DNA of 64,000 nucleotides. Source: a virus (Duplodnaviria > Caudoviricetes). This document shows, one piece after another, positions 8,849 through 19,319 of the stretch (its first letter is position 1; each line of letters begins with the position of its first letter). The stretch lies in the IMG/VR virus record IMGVR_UViG_3300032312_002037, positions 17,936 through 81,935 of that record; one strand, written 5' to 3'. A program made the translations under genes and the position numbers. The notes beneath the pieces are model-generated. The model had not been told where the DNA came from. It saw nothing but the letters and a program-made list of their open reading frames with translations, and ran no database searches.

Positions 8849-10549
8849 TTAGAATTCAAATTCTCCACCACCTTCAGCACCACCTTCAGCAGGAGGAGTT
8901 TCAGGAGCGGCTTGTGCCTCAGGAGCGGCTTGTGCCTCAGGAGCGGCTTCACCACCTTCAGCAGGAGCGGCTTCACCACCTTCAGCAGGAGCGGCACCCT
9001 CAGCACCACCAGCGGCAACACCAGCAGCATCTTTAGCCCAATATTTTTGATTCTCAGCTTTTTCTTCAGGAGTCAATTTAAATACATTATCAATTAAGTA
9101 TTCAATATGGAAGTAAGGCTTTTCACCATTCATAATACCAACTAATGTACCAAAGATTTCAGCTTTCTTAGCCAAGTTGTTTAATTTCTTCCACTCTTCA
9201 AACACTTGATTTGAATTAAAGTTAATATCGATTTGATTTACTAAAACCTCATCATCTTTTAACTCAGGGAATTCAATTAACATTTGTAGTTTCAAAGGCT
9301 TAACGATAAGTTCTTTGAAGTTGGCTCTTAATCTATTAATAAAATTATAAAATTTAATTTCATCTCTCGTCATATCAGCCGAGTCATTGATTAAGTTACC
9401 ACCACCATTTTCTTTATCAAAACGCTGGAAAGGAATCTTAGAAGCTCTTTTCAGAGCATTGTAGAACCAAGTCAACATATCTGACTCATTTAAGTTGTGT
9501 CCTTCAGGTGAAACTAATTCCATAGCTGGCGTACCAGCATCTCCTTCAGGAAACCAAATTTGTTTGTTATAAGGTAAGTGTTTAGCACCATTAATAGTTA
9601 ATGTACCTAATGAATCATCCCATTCAACTTCTTCTGAATAATCATTGATTAATTGACCAATTTGTTCTTCAGCTCTTTGTCTTGATAAGCCTTTAATAGG
9701 AATAGTAAACTTTTGATAAACTGTAGCATTAATAATATTAAACATTACTCTTGTTTGCTCAAGAATCTTTAATTGGTTATAAGGTTTAATTAAACCTTCA
9801 ACATATGATGTTTCTGAATAATCATTTTGAGTAGAATAAGAAATATAAACCATCTGAGAGTCTAAGAAGATTCTTCTCAATTGAGGATCTTCTGGAAACT
9901 GAATCCATAAGTGACCAATAGTTGGCTCAAATGCCGGAACTAAAGTGTCTGGTCTTAATCTATTGAAACCAATAATATTTTTCTTTTTATCATCATATAT
10001 AATCTCTAAAGCGATATATCCATCGATAAGAAAATCCTTCATCATATTCCAAGCCGTGATACTATCAGAGAATCCAAACTTATTATAAATCTTTTCAAAA
10101 TACTCTTGATACTTATCTTTAATTTCTTGCGAATAATCATTACCTAATGGTTTAGGTGAACAGAAATCTCTTTCATCATTATAAACAATACTTTCATCAG
10201 CTAATGAACTAACAAAATCTCTAATCTCATCTTTGATTGAGTACTCTCTTAGAATCCTTCTTTTATCAGCATATGCTTTATCTAAATAAGGAATTGATTT
10301 TCTATTTAATACAGAAGCTACAGCTCTTTGTGAGAAGAAGTCATACATTGAATTTCCTCTAGCTGCAAATGGGTCTTCGTTAATACCAATACCAACTTGG
10401 TTTCTAACAATCATATCATCATAGTTCATACCATATGATGATAAACCTCTTAAAATTCTATTAAAAAGTCCTTTATTTTCAACAGCACTGTTGGTATAAG
10501 TAAAATTTGATTGACCCGAGCCGGCGCTAAATTGATTATAAGATGCCAT
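8849..10549 (-). CDS. gp20: Portal protein, T4 gp20-like, with Ala/Glu/Pro/Gly repeat tail
   Basis: SYVEGLIKPYNQLKILE, WFPEGDAG, ASKIPFQRF and TRDEIKFYNFINRLR. Confidence 0.92.
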   Translation of the reverse strand: MASYNQFSAGSGQSNFTYTNSAVENKGLFNRILRGLSSYGMNYDDMIVRNQVGIGINEDPFAARGNSMYDFFSQRAVASVLNRKSIPYLDKAYADKRRILREYSIKDEIRDFVSSLADESIVYNDERDFCSPKPLGNDYSQEIKDKYQEYFEKIYNKFGFSDSITAWNMMKDFLIDGYIALEIIYDDKKKNIIGFNRLRPDTLVPAFEPTIGHLWIQFPEDPQLRRIFLDSQMVYISYSTQNDYSETSYVEGLIKPYNQLKILEQTRVMFNIINATVYQKFTIPIKGLSRQRAEEQIGQLINDYSEEVEWDDSLGTLTINGAKHLPYNKQIWFPEGDAGTPAMELVSPEGHNLNESDMLTWFYNALKRASKIPFQRFDKENGGGNLINDSADMTRDEIKFYNFINRLRANFKELIVKPLKLQMLIEFPELKDDEVLVNQIDINFNSNQVFEEWKKLNNLAKKAEIFGTLVGIMNGEKPYFHIEYLIDNVFKLTPEEKAENQKYWAKDAAGVAAGGAEGAAPAEGGEAAPAEGGEAAPEAQAAPEAQAAPETPPAEGGAEGGGEFEF

Positions 10550-10655
10550 TTATTTTAAAATAAGTATTTCGTTTATATATTAAATTTTTAATCTTCCTCC
10601 AAGACACTATTAAAAAAGAAAAACCTACATTTTATTGTAGGTTTCACTTGAAGTA

Positions 10656-11129
10656 TTATACATAGAACGTTCTCAGGACAGGTTTTAAGTCTTCTGAACT
10701 TAATCCATTCTCTGATAAGAATGATTGTAAATCACCATTTGATTCACATAACTTAACTATCATTTTTTGAAAATTCAAAACAGATCTTCTATCTAAAAAT
10801 TTATTACCTTCCAACCAAGTTATATCTCCTGTAGGAGAAACAGATGAAGTTATTTTATGTGTATTGTTACCTGATTGAAATACAGAATTCATAATCCAAC
10901 CACTACCTGACCTAAATATATCCAAGCTTGTGAATTTAGCATCAGGAAATGGTCTAACATTACCAACCAATATACCAAAAGTCATACTATCAATTGCCTT
11001 TCTAGACATATCAACTGCGTGATTTCTAATATCTTTAGCTCTATCAGCTTGTCCGTAAGCGGCTAGCTTATCAGCAGCACTCATATATGTAGAGTAGTCA
11101 AGTTCTTCAAATTTTCTTAAATGTTTCAT
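10656..11129 (-). CDS. Hypothetical protein with MKHLRKFEE leader
   Basis: Clean ORF with an AATATATA box upstream. Confidence 0.7.
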   Translation of the reverse strand: MKHLRKFEELDYSTYMSAADKLAAYGQADRAKDIRNHAVDMSRKAIDSMTFGILVGNVRPFPDAKFTSLDIFRSGSGWIMNSVFQSGNNTHKITSSVSPTGDITWLEGNKFLDRRSVLNFQKMIVKLCESNGDLQSFLSENGLSSEDLKPVLRTFYV

Positions 11130-11162
11130 TTAGAATTATAATTTTTATAGTGTATATATTAT

Positions 11163-11858
11163 TTATTTACCACCATATTTTTTCGCACTATTTTGTATTC
11201 TTTTAATATGGTCTTTAAGTAAAACATATTTTTCATTAATTTGACCTCTTACGTCATAAAAGTCATCAATCATAGACTTCATTATCTCTTGATTTCGTTT
11301 ACTCTTATCACCTATTTTAGCTTTCCATATATCAAATAACTTACCAGGATCATATTTATTCTTAGGATGAGCTGAAATTAAAAATCTCGGAACGGTTTCT
11401 ACACTTATTTTATGAACAAATTTTATTTGTATAGCATTATACTCAACCAAAGCATATTCAAAGCCATATTTAATTAATTCAGCATACATGCCTTCATAAT
11501 TAACCTTTAATAATCTATCTTTTTCAAAATCTTCTTCTATCATAAAATTATCAAATAAGAAAGCTCTTACTTCTAAAGGAATAAAATTAAAATTAACACC
11601 AAAGATTATTATTTGATTTGATATCTTTTTAAAATTAGTAACAAATACAGGCGAATACATCATCCAATTAGAGTCGTCTAAGTAATGAAAGTGATAAAAT
11701 CCACCAGGTAGAATACTACTAACATCAACTGAAGTAACGTTATCATCAGATGCTTGATATTTATTATAGAAGTATAATGAGTTATTTTTGAAGTTATCAG
11801 CTAACCCATCACCATCAACTAACATTCTCAATCCTATTCTATCTACTAATTCTCCCAT
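11163..11858 (-). CDS. DNA end protector, T4 gp2-like
   Basis: FYHFHY...YSPVF...FGVNFNFIPLEVRAFL matches the gp2 pattern, and the gene is adjacent to gp4 as in T4. Start set at the ATG at 11858. Confidence 0.65.
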   Translation of the reverse strand: MGELVDRIGLRMLVDGDGLADNFKNNSLYFYNKYQASDDNVTSVDVSSILPGGFYHFHYLDDSNWMMYSPVFVTNFKKISNQIIIFGVNFNFIPLEVRAFLFDNFMIEEDFEKDRLLKVNYEGMYAELIKYGFEYALVEYNAIQIKFVHKISVETVPRFLISAHPKNKYDPGKLFDIWKAKIGDKSKRNQEIMKSMIDDFYDVRGQINEKYVLLKDHIKRIQNSAKKYGGK

Positions 11859-11872
11859 GGAAATCTGTTTTC

Positions 11873-11886
11873 TTTTATATATAAAA
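11873..11886. promoter_or_regulatory. Palindromic (bidirectional) late-promoter core between gp2 and gp4
   Basis: TTTTATATATAAAA is its own reverse complement and sits in the 44-bp divergent gap. Confidence 0.55.
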
Positions 11887-11902
11887 TAAACTAATCCAAG
11901 GT

Positions 11903-12430
11903 ATGTTAAATTCAAAACCAAATAACGCTAATTATAATCAAGGTAACTATATACCAAAATATAAAGACAAAGTAATTAAATTGAATACTCAGGGTGGAGT
12001 TTATTATAGAAGTTCTTGGGAAAAGAAAATAATGACTTGGTTAGATAATAATAAAACTATTACTAAGTGGGGCGCTGAATGTATGAGAATACCTTACCAA
12101 ATGACACACTTTGATAATGGTGATACTAAAATAAAAGAACATTGTTATTATCCAGACTTCTATTATGAAATGAGAAACTCTGAAGGAGTACTCAAACAAG
12201 TCGTTGTAGAGGTTAAACCGTTCAAAGAGTATAAGATGGTTCAAGACTTAAATGAAGGCAACCTAGTCGTTCCTGAGAATGGAATGAAGAAGTTGAAAAA
12301 CTTTGAATATGACCTTAAAATGGCTTATAAGAATAAAAACAAATGGGAAACTATGATTAACTGGTGTGATAAGAAAGGTTATGAATTTATTATCATAACT
12401 GAACAACATCTAAAGAAGTTTAACCTTTAA
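11903..12430 (+). CDS. gp4: Head completion nuclease, T4 gp4-like (TnsA-type PD-(D/E)XK)
   Basis: YRSSWE, WLDNN, IPY, YYPDFY and VEVKP. Confidence 0.85.
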   Translation: MLNSKPNNANYNQGNYIPKYKDKVIKLNTQGGVYYRSSWEKKIMTWLDNNKTITKWGAECMRIPYQMTHFDNGDTKIKEHCYYPDFYYEMRNSEGVLKQVVVEVKPFKEYKMVQDLNEGNLVVPENGMKKLKNFEYDLKMAYKNKNKWETMINWCDKKGYEFIIITEQHLKKFNL

Positions 12431-12764
12431 TTTTATAAATCAATATTATAAGTACAAAGATAAAAGATATACTTGGTAAAATATTAGTCCAAATTATATA
12501 GAGCCTTCTACTTAAATGATAGAAAGGAAATCTAATTAAGTGTAAGGTAGTTAAAAATATGAATAGTTCTGATTGAGAAGACCAAATACCTACAATCATC
12601 CAAATCCAAAACATAATTCTTAATAAGTAATGAGCTATATCTAATTTAGTTGAGGACTTAACATTTAAGTTTTTAAAGTTAGTATCTAGTTTTGATTTAT
12701 TAAAAACATAATAAATCTCATTAAGAGCAAATAAAATTGATATTAAATAAAATAGAGTTATCAT
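12420..12764 (-). CDS. Small membrane protein with about 3-4 hydrophobic segments
   Basis: Hydrophobic stretches in the translation. It is translationally coupled to the upstream ORF. Confidence 0.6.
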   Translation of the reverse strand: MITLFYLISILFALNEIYYVFNKSKLDTNFKNLNVKSSTKLDIAHYLLRIMFWIWMIVGIWSSQSELFIFLTTLHLIRFPFYHLSRRLYIIWTNILPSISFIFVLIILIYKIKG

Positions 12765-13066
12765 ATAGTAGCTTCATTAAAGATTATTTCTTCAAATTTT
12801 AATAGATTTTGAAAAGAGGCTTCATCAATTTTAACAGACTTTTCTCTTTCTATCATATTAAATAGTTTATCTTCTACAAAAACCTCTATCCAATCACCAA
12901 CAATTCTATCATATTCATTAGGAATAATCGAATTATCTCTATTATTATAGACAACTGATAGATAAATATCTCTTTCATCAACATTAAAATGCAATGAACA
13001 TCCATCACTAAGAAATCCTTCTTTAGTATTAGACTCTTCCCAAAGTTGTAAAACTACTTTATTCAT
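12761..13066 (-). CDS. Hypothetical protein
   Basis: QLWEES...DGCSLH pattern. An AAACTTT-N13-TATAAA motif lies upstream. Confidence 0.65.
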   Translation of the reverse strand: MNKVVLQLWEESNTKEGFLSDGCSLHFNVDERDIYLSVVYNNRDNSIIPNEYDRIVGDWIEVFVEDKLFNMIEREKSVKIDEASFQNLLKFEEIIFNEATI

Positions 13067-13147
13067 CTATAAAATTTTAATAAGTATTTTATAATTAGTA
13101 TTAAACAAAGTTTAGTAAAAAACATAAAATAAAAAAACAAATCATTT

Positions 13148-14233
13148 ATGAATATAAAATTAGAGTACATTTGGCTTGATGGTTCTAACCCTCAACAACT
13201 TAGAAGTAAAACTAAAATCACCGAAGCAATTGATTCAATGAACGCGTCAGACTATCCAGTATGGTCTTTTGATGGAAGTTCAACATTACAAGCTAAGTCA
13301 GGTAAGGATAAAAATACTGACTGTCTATTAAAACCTGTTTTTGTAACAAATGATCCATTTAGAGGCAAAGGCAGCAAATTAGTTTTATGTGAAGTTCTTA
13401 ATCCAGACAGCACACCACACGAAACAAACAACAGAAGAAAATTAGAAGAAAGAGTTGAAGAATTGAACATCAATGGCGGTGAGAAATCAGAACTTCCTTG
13501 GTTCGGTTGGGAACAAGAATATACTCTTACACACAAACCAATGACTCCATTTGGCATTGGTGAAGGTATTCCTTTAGGATTTACTTTAGATCCAAGTAAA
13601 GAACCTAGACCTCAAGGTGACTATTACTGTGGTATCGGATCAGATAATGTGGTTGGTAGAGAAATTGTTGAAGAACATATGGATATTTGTATGGAAATTG
13701 GTTTAGATATCTCTGGTATCAATGCTGAGGTTCTCTTAGGACAATGGGAATATCAAATTGGACCAGTTACTGCTTTAGAAGGATCTGATCAATTATGGGT
13801 TTCTAGATACTTGTTACAAAGAGTTGCTGAAAAACATAATGTTAAAGTTTCTCTACACCCTAAACCATTAAAAGGTGATTGGAACGGAACAGGATGTCAC
13901 GTTAACTTTTCTACTAAAGAAATGAGAGAAGAAGGTGGTTTAGAAATAATTAAAGACACTATGGAGAAATTGGACAGAAACCAAAAAGAGCATATTGCTG
14001 TTTATGGATTGCACAATAGCGAAAGACTTACCGGTGCTCACGAAACTTCAAGTATCAATGAGTTTAGTTATGGATTCTCTACAAGAGATACTTCTATTAG
14101 AATTCCAGCTCAGGCGATCATTGAAGGAAAAGGATATTTCGAAGATAGAAGACCAGCATCAAACTGTGATCCTTATTTAGTATCTGATAGAATGTTAGAA
14201 ACTGTTTATTCTGAAGTTGAAACCGAAGCATAA
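13148..14233 (+). CDS. glnII: Glutamine synthetase type II
   Basis: EYIWLDG, FDGSST, WFGWEQEY, GINAEV, GQWEYQIGP, DWNGTGCH and FEDRRPASNCDPY. Confidence 0.93.
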   Translation: MNIKLEYIWLDGSNPQQLRSKTKITEAIDSMNASDYPVWSFDGSSTLQAKSGKDKNTDCLLKPVFVTNDPFRGKGSKLVLCEVLNPDSTPHETNNRRKLEERVEELNINGGEKSELPWFGWEQEYTLTHKPMTPFGIGEGIPLGFTLDPSKEPRPQGDYYCGIGSDNVVGREIVEEHMDICMEIGLDISGINAEVLLGQWEYQIGPVTALEGSDQLWVSRYLLQRVAEKHNVKVSLHPKPLKGDWNGTGCHVNFSTKEMREEGGLEIIKDTMEKLDRNQKEHIAVYGLHNSERLTGAHETSSINEFSYGFSTRDTSIRIPAQAIIEGKGYFEDRRPASNCDPYLVSDRMLETVYSEVETEA

Positions 14234-14250
14234 CATAAATGACAAAAAAG

Positions 14251-14277
14251 AAAACCTCTCAATTGAGAGGTTTTTTT
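14251..14277. terminator. Bidirectional terminator
   Basis: AAAACCTCTC-AATT-GAGAGGTTTTTTT. Confidence 0.8.
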
Positions 14278-14420
14278 ATTTTAAAGATGTTTTGAATTTT
14301 TTCCTTCCTTCTTTTCTGTCGAGAAGGAAATATAGTTATAGGTATAGAACTCACACCAAATGCAGGCTCCATTACTATATCAAATGTTTTTAGATTAAAG
14401 TGAATGTAATCCTTGTCCAT
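14259..14420 (-). CDS. Possible 53-aa ORF overlapping the 3' end of the sigma factor gene (not in track)
   Basis: Manual translation MDKDYIHFNLKTFDIVMEPAFGVSSIPITIFPSRQKRRKEKIQNIFKIKKPLN. It runs into the terminator. Confidence 0.3.
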   Translation of the reverse strand: MDKDYIHFNLKTFDIVMEPAFGVSSIPITIFPSRQKRRKEKIQNIFKIKKPLN

Positions 14421-14760
14421 CGTTTGAACCTTCGATTGATATTAACTTGATTAAGTGTTCATTATCACCTTTCTTCTTATAAAGTTCATTATAACCTTTG
14501 GCTATTCCTCTTTTGAATACCTCTGTGAAATATGCGAACGCATTAACAGATTTATCCTCATTAAAATTATACCAGTTTTGGAACATATCTAATAGTCCTG
14601 ATTGGTAGCAGTCTAATTTATCATCATTAGACCAATATCTCATTTTCTTGATTGTTTTTTTCGCAAGTAATTCTAACATTTTCTCTGCGTTTCTTGTAAG
14701 TTTACCTCGTGCTTTTGATACGATAACCTCGATGTATAAGTCTTTGTTGTTTAGATACAT
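14395..14760 (-). CDS. gp55: Late transcription sigma factor, T4 gp55-like
   Basis: DCYQSGLLDMFQNWYNFNEDKSVNAFAYFTEVFKR matches the gp55 core (NFDPEKSxNPFAYFTQI type). Confidence 0.75.
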   Translation of the reverse strand: MYLNNKDLYIEVIVSKARGKLTRNAEKMLELLAKKTIKKMRYWSNDDKLDCYQSGLLDMFQNWYNFNEDKSVNAFAYFTEVFKRGIAKGYNELYKKKGDNEHLIKLISIEGSNDGQGLHSL

Positions 14761-14892
14761 TCATAATACTTATTTTTTTAAGACTCTAGGAGTTAGAGAC
14801 TTTGTTTCATGTTATACACATGCAACATGAAAAAGTTTCATAATAAAAAAAAATCCTCAAATTTCTTTGAGGATTTTTATTAATATTAAGTA

Positions 14893-16176
14893 TTAAAGTT
14901 TAATTCTTTCGTTGTATTGAAGTTCTTTAGTAGCTTGTAACTCAGTATCTAAGTTTTGTTTTCTTTTCTCTAAGTTTTTAAGAGCTGTAGTTAAAACTTC
15001 TGATTCGCCAATCATTTTGATAGAACCTTTAACTTTAGAGATGTTAAAATTAACGTCTTCAAGTTTCAAAGTGATTTCTCTTTCTTTGTCTTCTAATTTT
15101 CTCTTAACGATTAATTCTTTATCTAATTTATTTTCAAAGAAATAAGTTAAATCATAGTTTAATTCATTTCTTACTTCGTTTACTAATTCTAAAGCAGATT
15201 CGTATTTGAAGAATGAGTTACCATATCTTTCATCACATCTGTAAACAAAAGTATTGTTTTTGTAATTAAAAGCAAATAATTCTAAGTAGGGATTGATTAA
15301 GTTGTTAACTCTTTTAACAACATCTAATTCTACAAATTTATCTAAGTTTTTAGAAACTTCTAATAAAATAGGGTAGAAATTTTTGTTAACGATTGGAACG
15401 ATTGGAGAAGAGAATAAAGACTCTAATGTTGTTTCTTCGTTCATTTCGTCATCATTGATAAATAGACCAGATTTTTTACCAACTGCAAGACCAACTGTTA
15501 AGTATTCAGAAATTCTGAAGTTAACTCTGTCTTCTGTGACTTGAGCATATTTCATTGCTGTTTCTAACATTCTTAAAGACTTTAAAGATTCTTCATCTTT
15601 AACGTGATTTTCTAATAATGTTTTTTCAATTGTATTTTCAGATAATAAGAACCATGAATCTCTAACTAAAGCAACGTGACCATCTTCTACTTGTTCAACA
15701 ATAGTGAATGTAGATTCTGCTTTACCACCACTTAAAAGATTAGTTCTTTTTTCTGGTGATTTAGTCAAATTATGAACGAATAACTTAACTTCCGGAACCC
15801 AATCATAAATAGCTAACTCATTAAGAATTTTTGACATTCTATCTTGGTCAGTCTCTAAGTTAATAGTTTGAAGAACAACGTTTAATGGTTGTCTGTAAAG
15901 TTCTCCTTGATTCTTAGAGTTAAGAACATTATATAAATTTTTCAATTCATATAATAATTCATAACTTTTCATATCATCATTAAGATTCTCTAAAAGAGAT
16001 TTAACGCTCTTATCATAAGTGTATGGTTTAAGTCTATCGTTAAGAGAAACTATGATTTGCTTTTCAGATAACTGATTACAAGCATTCATATGTCCCTCAA
16101 CTATCACAGAAACTTCCTCCTGGTCAAGAGTAAGGTCCTTTTTGAAGTTAAATAACTCAAGTTTAAGATTCTTCAT
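14893..16176 (-). CDS. Hypothetical late protein with C-terminal coiled coil
   Basis: 427-aa ORF with an AATATATA box upstream and a terminator downstream. Confidence 0.7.
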   Translation of the reverse strand: MKNLKLELFNFKKDLTLDQEEVSVIVEGHMNACNQLSEKQIIVSLNDRLKPYTYDKSVKSLLENLNDDMKSYELLYELKNLYNVLNSKNQGELYRQPLNVVLQTINLETDQDRMSKILNELAIYDWVPEVKLFVHNLTKSPEKRTNLLSGGKAESTFTIVEQVEDGHVALVRDSWFLLSENTIEKTLLENHVKDEESLKSLRMLETAMKYAQVTEDRVNFRISEYLTVGLAVGKKSGLFINDDEMNEETTLESLFSSPIVPIVNKNFYPILLEVSKNLDKFVELDVVKRVNNLINPYLELFAFNYKNNTFVYRCDERYGNSFFKYESALELVNEVRNELNYDLTYFFENKLDKELIVKRKLEDKEREITLKLEDVNFNISKVKGSIKMIGESEVLTTALKNLEKRKQNLDTELQATKELQYNERIKL

Positions 16177-16256
16177 ATTTTAAAATATTTTTTTTTATAT
16201 ACTCTATATATTATAGATAAAAAGTCATTTTTTACCATTTTTTAATTTTATGGATA

Positions 16257-17207
16257 TTAAGGATTAGAAGCATCTGCTGGACCCTGCGATCCGTTTGGAT
16301 TTATTATATTTCCTGATGCTTTTTCTCTAGCTTTAAGAATGTTATTAAACCATCTAGTTCTCTTAGGAGATATTATCATATAATCAGAGTTAGTAAAAGT
16401 ACCATAAGCATCATTTGGTGAAGCTGTCTGTGTGTTATAGAAACTACCTGTTTGCCCATAAGCAGGAGGCTGACCTGGTTGATTGAAAAATTCAGAATAA
16501 CCACCAGAAAAAGCAAATCCATTAGAATCACTCATACCAGAACCATATGATTGAGGATAACCTTTGCCGTTAATTCTATCACTTCTAAACGCAGGATAGT
16601 AAGTTTCAACTGTAAAAGAAACTTTCATTTTAATATTATTATCAGATGTTAGATTCTTCTCTCTAGCCATTTCAATTTGATTTGAATCTGGCATTAAAAT
16701 AACAGCATCTATATTCATAAAATTATACTCAAAATACATAAACTTATATAACCAAAGAGTATCCATAATAGCCTGAGAACACTTGAACGTATCAATCTCG
16801 GAACTTAATAATATTTCTAAATCATAGTTTACTGTAATTGGAACTGCTCTAACTTTAGCAATTACTTTTCTAATCTCTACTTCATTCTCAACAACCATTC
16901 TTAACCAAACGTTAGGATTGGCAAATTCGTCAGATTTAATATTAAAACCAGTCATAGTTAAATGACCTCTTGGTATCATATCAGTATTCAATTCAACAAA
17001 TCTATTTTCAGAAACTATATCATCAGTAAATGAGTCTAAAAGGAATCTTTCATCTCCGGTTAAAGAGTAGTAAAAAGGCACTTGCACGAAGACATCACCA
17101 GATGAAAATCTGTTAATCCATTTAATTTGACCTTCTAGAGTGTCTAGAACACAAACAGTTAAGTCTCTAAAAAATACGTCTTCAAAATTAAATCTTTCAC
17201 CAATCAT
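16257..17207 (-). CDS. gp15: Tail terminator / sheath stabiliser, T4 gp15-like
   Basis: VQVPFYY, MIPRGHL, AVPITVNYDLEI and VSFTVETYYP follow the gp15 motif order. Confidence 0.7.
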   Translation of the reverse strand: MIGERFNFEDVFFRDLTVCVLDTLEGQIKWINRFSSGDVFVQVPFYYSLTGDERFLLDSFTDDIVSENRFVELNTDMIPRGHLTMTGFNIKSDEFANPNVWLRMVVENEVEIRKVIAKVRAVPITVNYDLEILLSSEIDTFKCSQAIMDTLWLYKFMYFEYNFMNIDAVILMPDSNQIEMAREKNLTSDNNIKMKVSFTVETYYPAFRSDRINGKGYPQSYGSGMSDSNGFAFSGGYSEFFNQPGQPPAYGQTGSFYNTQTASPNDAYGTFTNSDYMIISPKRTRWFNNILKAREKASGNIINPNGSQGPADASNP

Positions 17208-17272
17208 AGTTGTATATATTAAATATAAACTTTCTCTTCATGAATTTATATACCTATTACTAATTGAATATT

Positions 17273-18235
17273 ATGTCTGTTAAATCTTTACTTTTATGGG
17301 AAAAATGGCGTCCAAAAAATATGGAGGATGTTATTCTTTTACCTAGAATCAGGAAACACTTTGAGTTTGGTATAAACCAAAACTTTATATTCTATGGTCA
17401 CTTTGGTACCGGAAAAACCAGTTTGGCTAGAATTCTTATTGGTAAATACACAAAGGATAAGCCATATCTTGAATTAAACTCGTCTTTATATACATCTATT
17501 GATGTGTTAAGAAGTGAGATTGAAGATTTCTGTAAATTTACTCCAATGATGGAGACAGACTCTGATATTAAATACATCTTTTTAGATGAATTTGAAAGAG
17601 TATCGGCTCAATTTCAAGATGCCTTCAAAGCATTTATTGAAAAATATAATAAGAATGTTAGATTCATTATTACAACCAACCACTTAAATAAAATTTCTGA
17701 TGGAATTAAATCTAGAATTCCTCAGATTAACTTTGACTGTCAAAGTCTTGAAGAAGAAAAGTATCTTAAACAAGAGGTTTATAAGAGAATTAATAATGTA
17801 ATTCTACCAAAAGAAGGCAAAGAGATTCCTAAAGAAGACTTAGCTTCTATTATCACTAAGAAGTTTCCAGACTTTAGATCTATAATGGTTGAAGTTCAAA
17901 ACTATTTAGAAACTGGTAGTTTAGGCGAGAACACATCTAATGTATCCAACAAAGTAAAATTAGATTTATACTCTTGTATTTATGATAAATCATTAGACTA
18001 TGAGAAAATATATCACTTCTTAATGACTAATTTTGGTGCAGAAAAAATTGATGTGATGGTTCGGCTTTTAGGAAAACCATTTATCGACTGGTCTATATCG
18101 GAAAGTAAGAATATAGACAAACTATTCGAATGTAATTTCATAATATCAGACTACTCATCAAAGTTAGAGACCAATACAGATCCTATAGTTTTAGGCTTAA
18201 CAATAATTGGTAAGTTTAGAGATATTTTACTATAA
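17273..18235 (+). CDS. gp44: Sliding-clamp loader AAA+ subunit, T4 gp44/RFC-like
   Basis: WEKWRP, GHFGTGKT (Walker A), FLDEFE (Walker B), RFIITTN and IKSR. Confidence 0.88.
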   Translation: MSVKSLLLWEKWRPKNMEDVILLPRIRKHFEFGINQNFIFYGHFGTGKTSLARILIGKYTKDKPYLELNSSLYTSIDVLRSEIEDFCKFTPMMETDSDIKYIFLDEFERVSAQFQDAFKAFIEKYNKNVRFIITTNHLNKISDGIKSRIPQINFDCQSLEEEKYLKQEVYKRINNVILPKEGKEIPKEDLASIITKKFPDFRSIMVEVQNYLETGSLGENTSNVSNKVKLDLYSCIYDKSLDYEKIYHFLMTNFGAEKIDVMVRLLGKPFIDWSISESKNIDKLFECNFIISDYSSKLETNTDPIVLGLTIIGKFRDILL

Positions 18236-18267
18236 CAAAAGAGCCATAATATATTAATATATATGTT

Positions 18268-18642
18268 ATGGCTTTTGACTTTACAGATTTTTATATTGAG
18301 TATCCTGGGCACCCAAGATTTAATGATACTCAAATTATCGAGGATGACCTTGTTAGAGTTGTTCTACAAAAATGGGAAATGATGATATTCACTAATAGAG
18401 GTGAAGTATTATGTGAGCCTGGTTTTGGAGGAGACTTACCAAAATATTTGCACGAAACAAGACTTTCCGCGGAAACAATATCCGCCGAATTAAGACAACA
18501 AGTAAATAAATATATTCCAGAACTAGATTCAATAACATACGACTTACAAGTTACCTTTTATGATGATCCAGAAAGATACCAAGAATACATGGAGATACTA
18601 TTTCAAATAGCTGACTATAATGTATATGCTGTTATAACTTAA
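18268..18642 (+). CDS. Baseplate wedge subunit, gp25-like
   Basis: IFTNRGEVLCEPGFGGDLPKYLHE and VNKYIPEL. Confidence 0.7.
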   Translation: MAFDFTDFYIEYPGHPRFNDTQIIEDDLVRVVLQKWEMMIFTNRGEVLCEPGFGGDLPKYLHETRLSAETISAELRQQVNKYIPELDSITYDLQVTFYDDPERYQEYMEILFQIADYNVYAVIT

Positions 18643-18836
18643 AGAGTTTGTTTGAACTGCTCAAAAGTCATTATAGATTCGTTTTCAACAAACTTTGGAA
18701 GTGATTTCATCTTAACACCATCTGTCCAGTCTTTATTAAAAACCCACTTCATATTTTTGGGAGATTTTTTCTTACCACCATATTTATGTCTCATTGCATA
18801 AATGTATTTCAATTGTTGTTGGCTTTTAGCTGGCAT
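18639..18836 (-). CDS. Small basic hypothetical protein (MPAKSQQQ...)
   Basis: ORF with an AATATATA box upstream. The C-terminal ENESIMTFEQF resembles the leader motif. Confidence 0.6.
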   Translation of the reverse strand: MPAKSQQQLKYIYAMRHKYGGKKKSPKNMKWVFNKDWTDGVKMKSLPKFVENESIMTFEQFKQTL

Positions 18837-18882
18837 AAAATAATTAAAGTTTAAATATATATTAATTTTTATATATAGATGT

Positions 18883-19281
18883 ATGAGGTATTTAAAAACA
18901 TTTGAGTCTTATATTGATAATGAACTAATATCTAACATTGAGTTTTATAAAGTTCCTGCCGGTGATAAAACTATTTTCAAGCCATCATTCGGTGCTGAGA
19001 GAGGTGAAACCAATTTTTATCAATTAAGATTGGATGGAAAACCTGTAGTAGAAATAGAAGTTAATCCAAATTCAAACTATGGTAAACCCGAAATAATGTC
19101 AGCATTCCCTGATATTAAAGGTAGAGGTTTAGGTGAATATCTAGCTAAGAAGATTTTAGATATTTATTTAGAAGATGAAGTCTTTGTAAGATGTACAAAA
19201 GATAGTAAGAAATTCTGGCAAAGATGTGGTGCTACAGTTGTTGATCCAAAAGACCCTTACTTATTACACTTTATTAAATAA
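18883..19281 (+). CDS. GNAT-like acetyltransferase with MRYLKTFES leader
   Basis: KGRGLGEYL (acetyl-CoA binding motif A) and SKKFWQRCG. Confidence 0.6.
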   Translation: MRYLKTFESYIDNELISNIEFYKVPAGDKTIFKPSFGAERGETNFYQLRLDGKPVVEIEVNPNSNYGKPEIMSAFPDIKGRGLGEYLAKKILDIYLEDEVFVRCTKDSKKFWQRCGATVVDPKDPYLLHFIK

Positions 19282-19319
19282 TCGGCAAAAGGAACTTTTC
19301 GTGTTTTAATATATAAGAT

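Noticed and set aside
8878-9020. GC-rich 18-24 bp tandem repeats as a mobile or regulatory element
   Set aside because: They encode the Ala/Pro/Glu/Gly tail of the portal protein.
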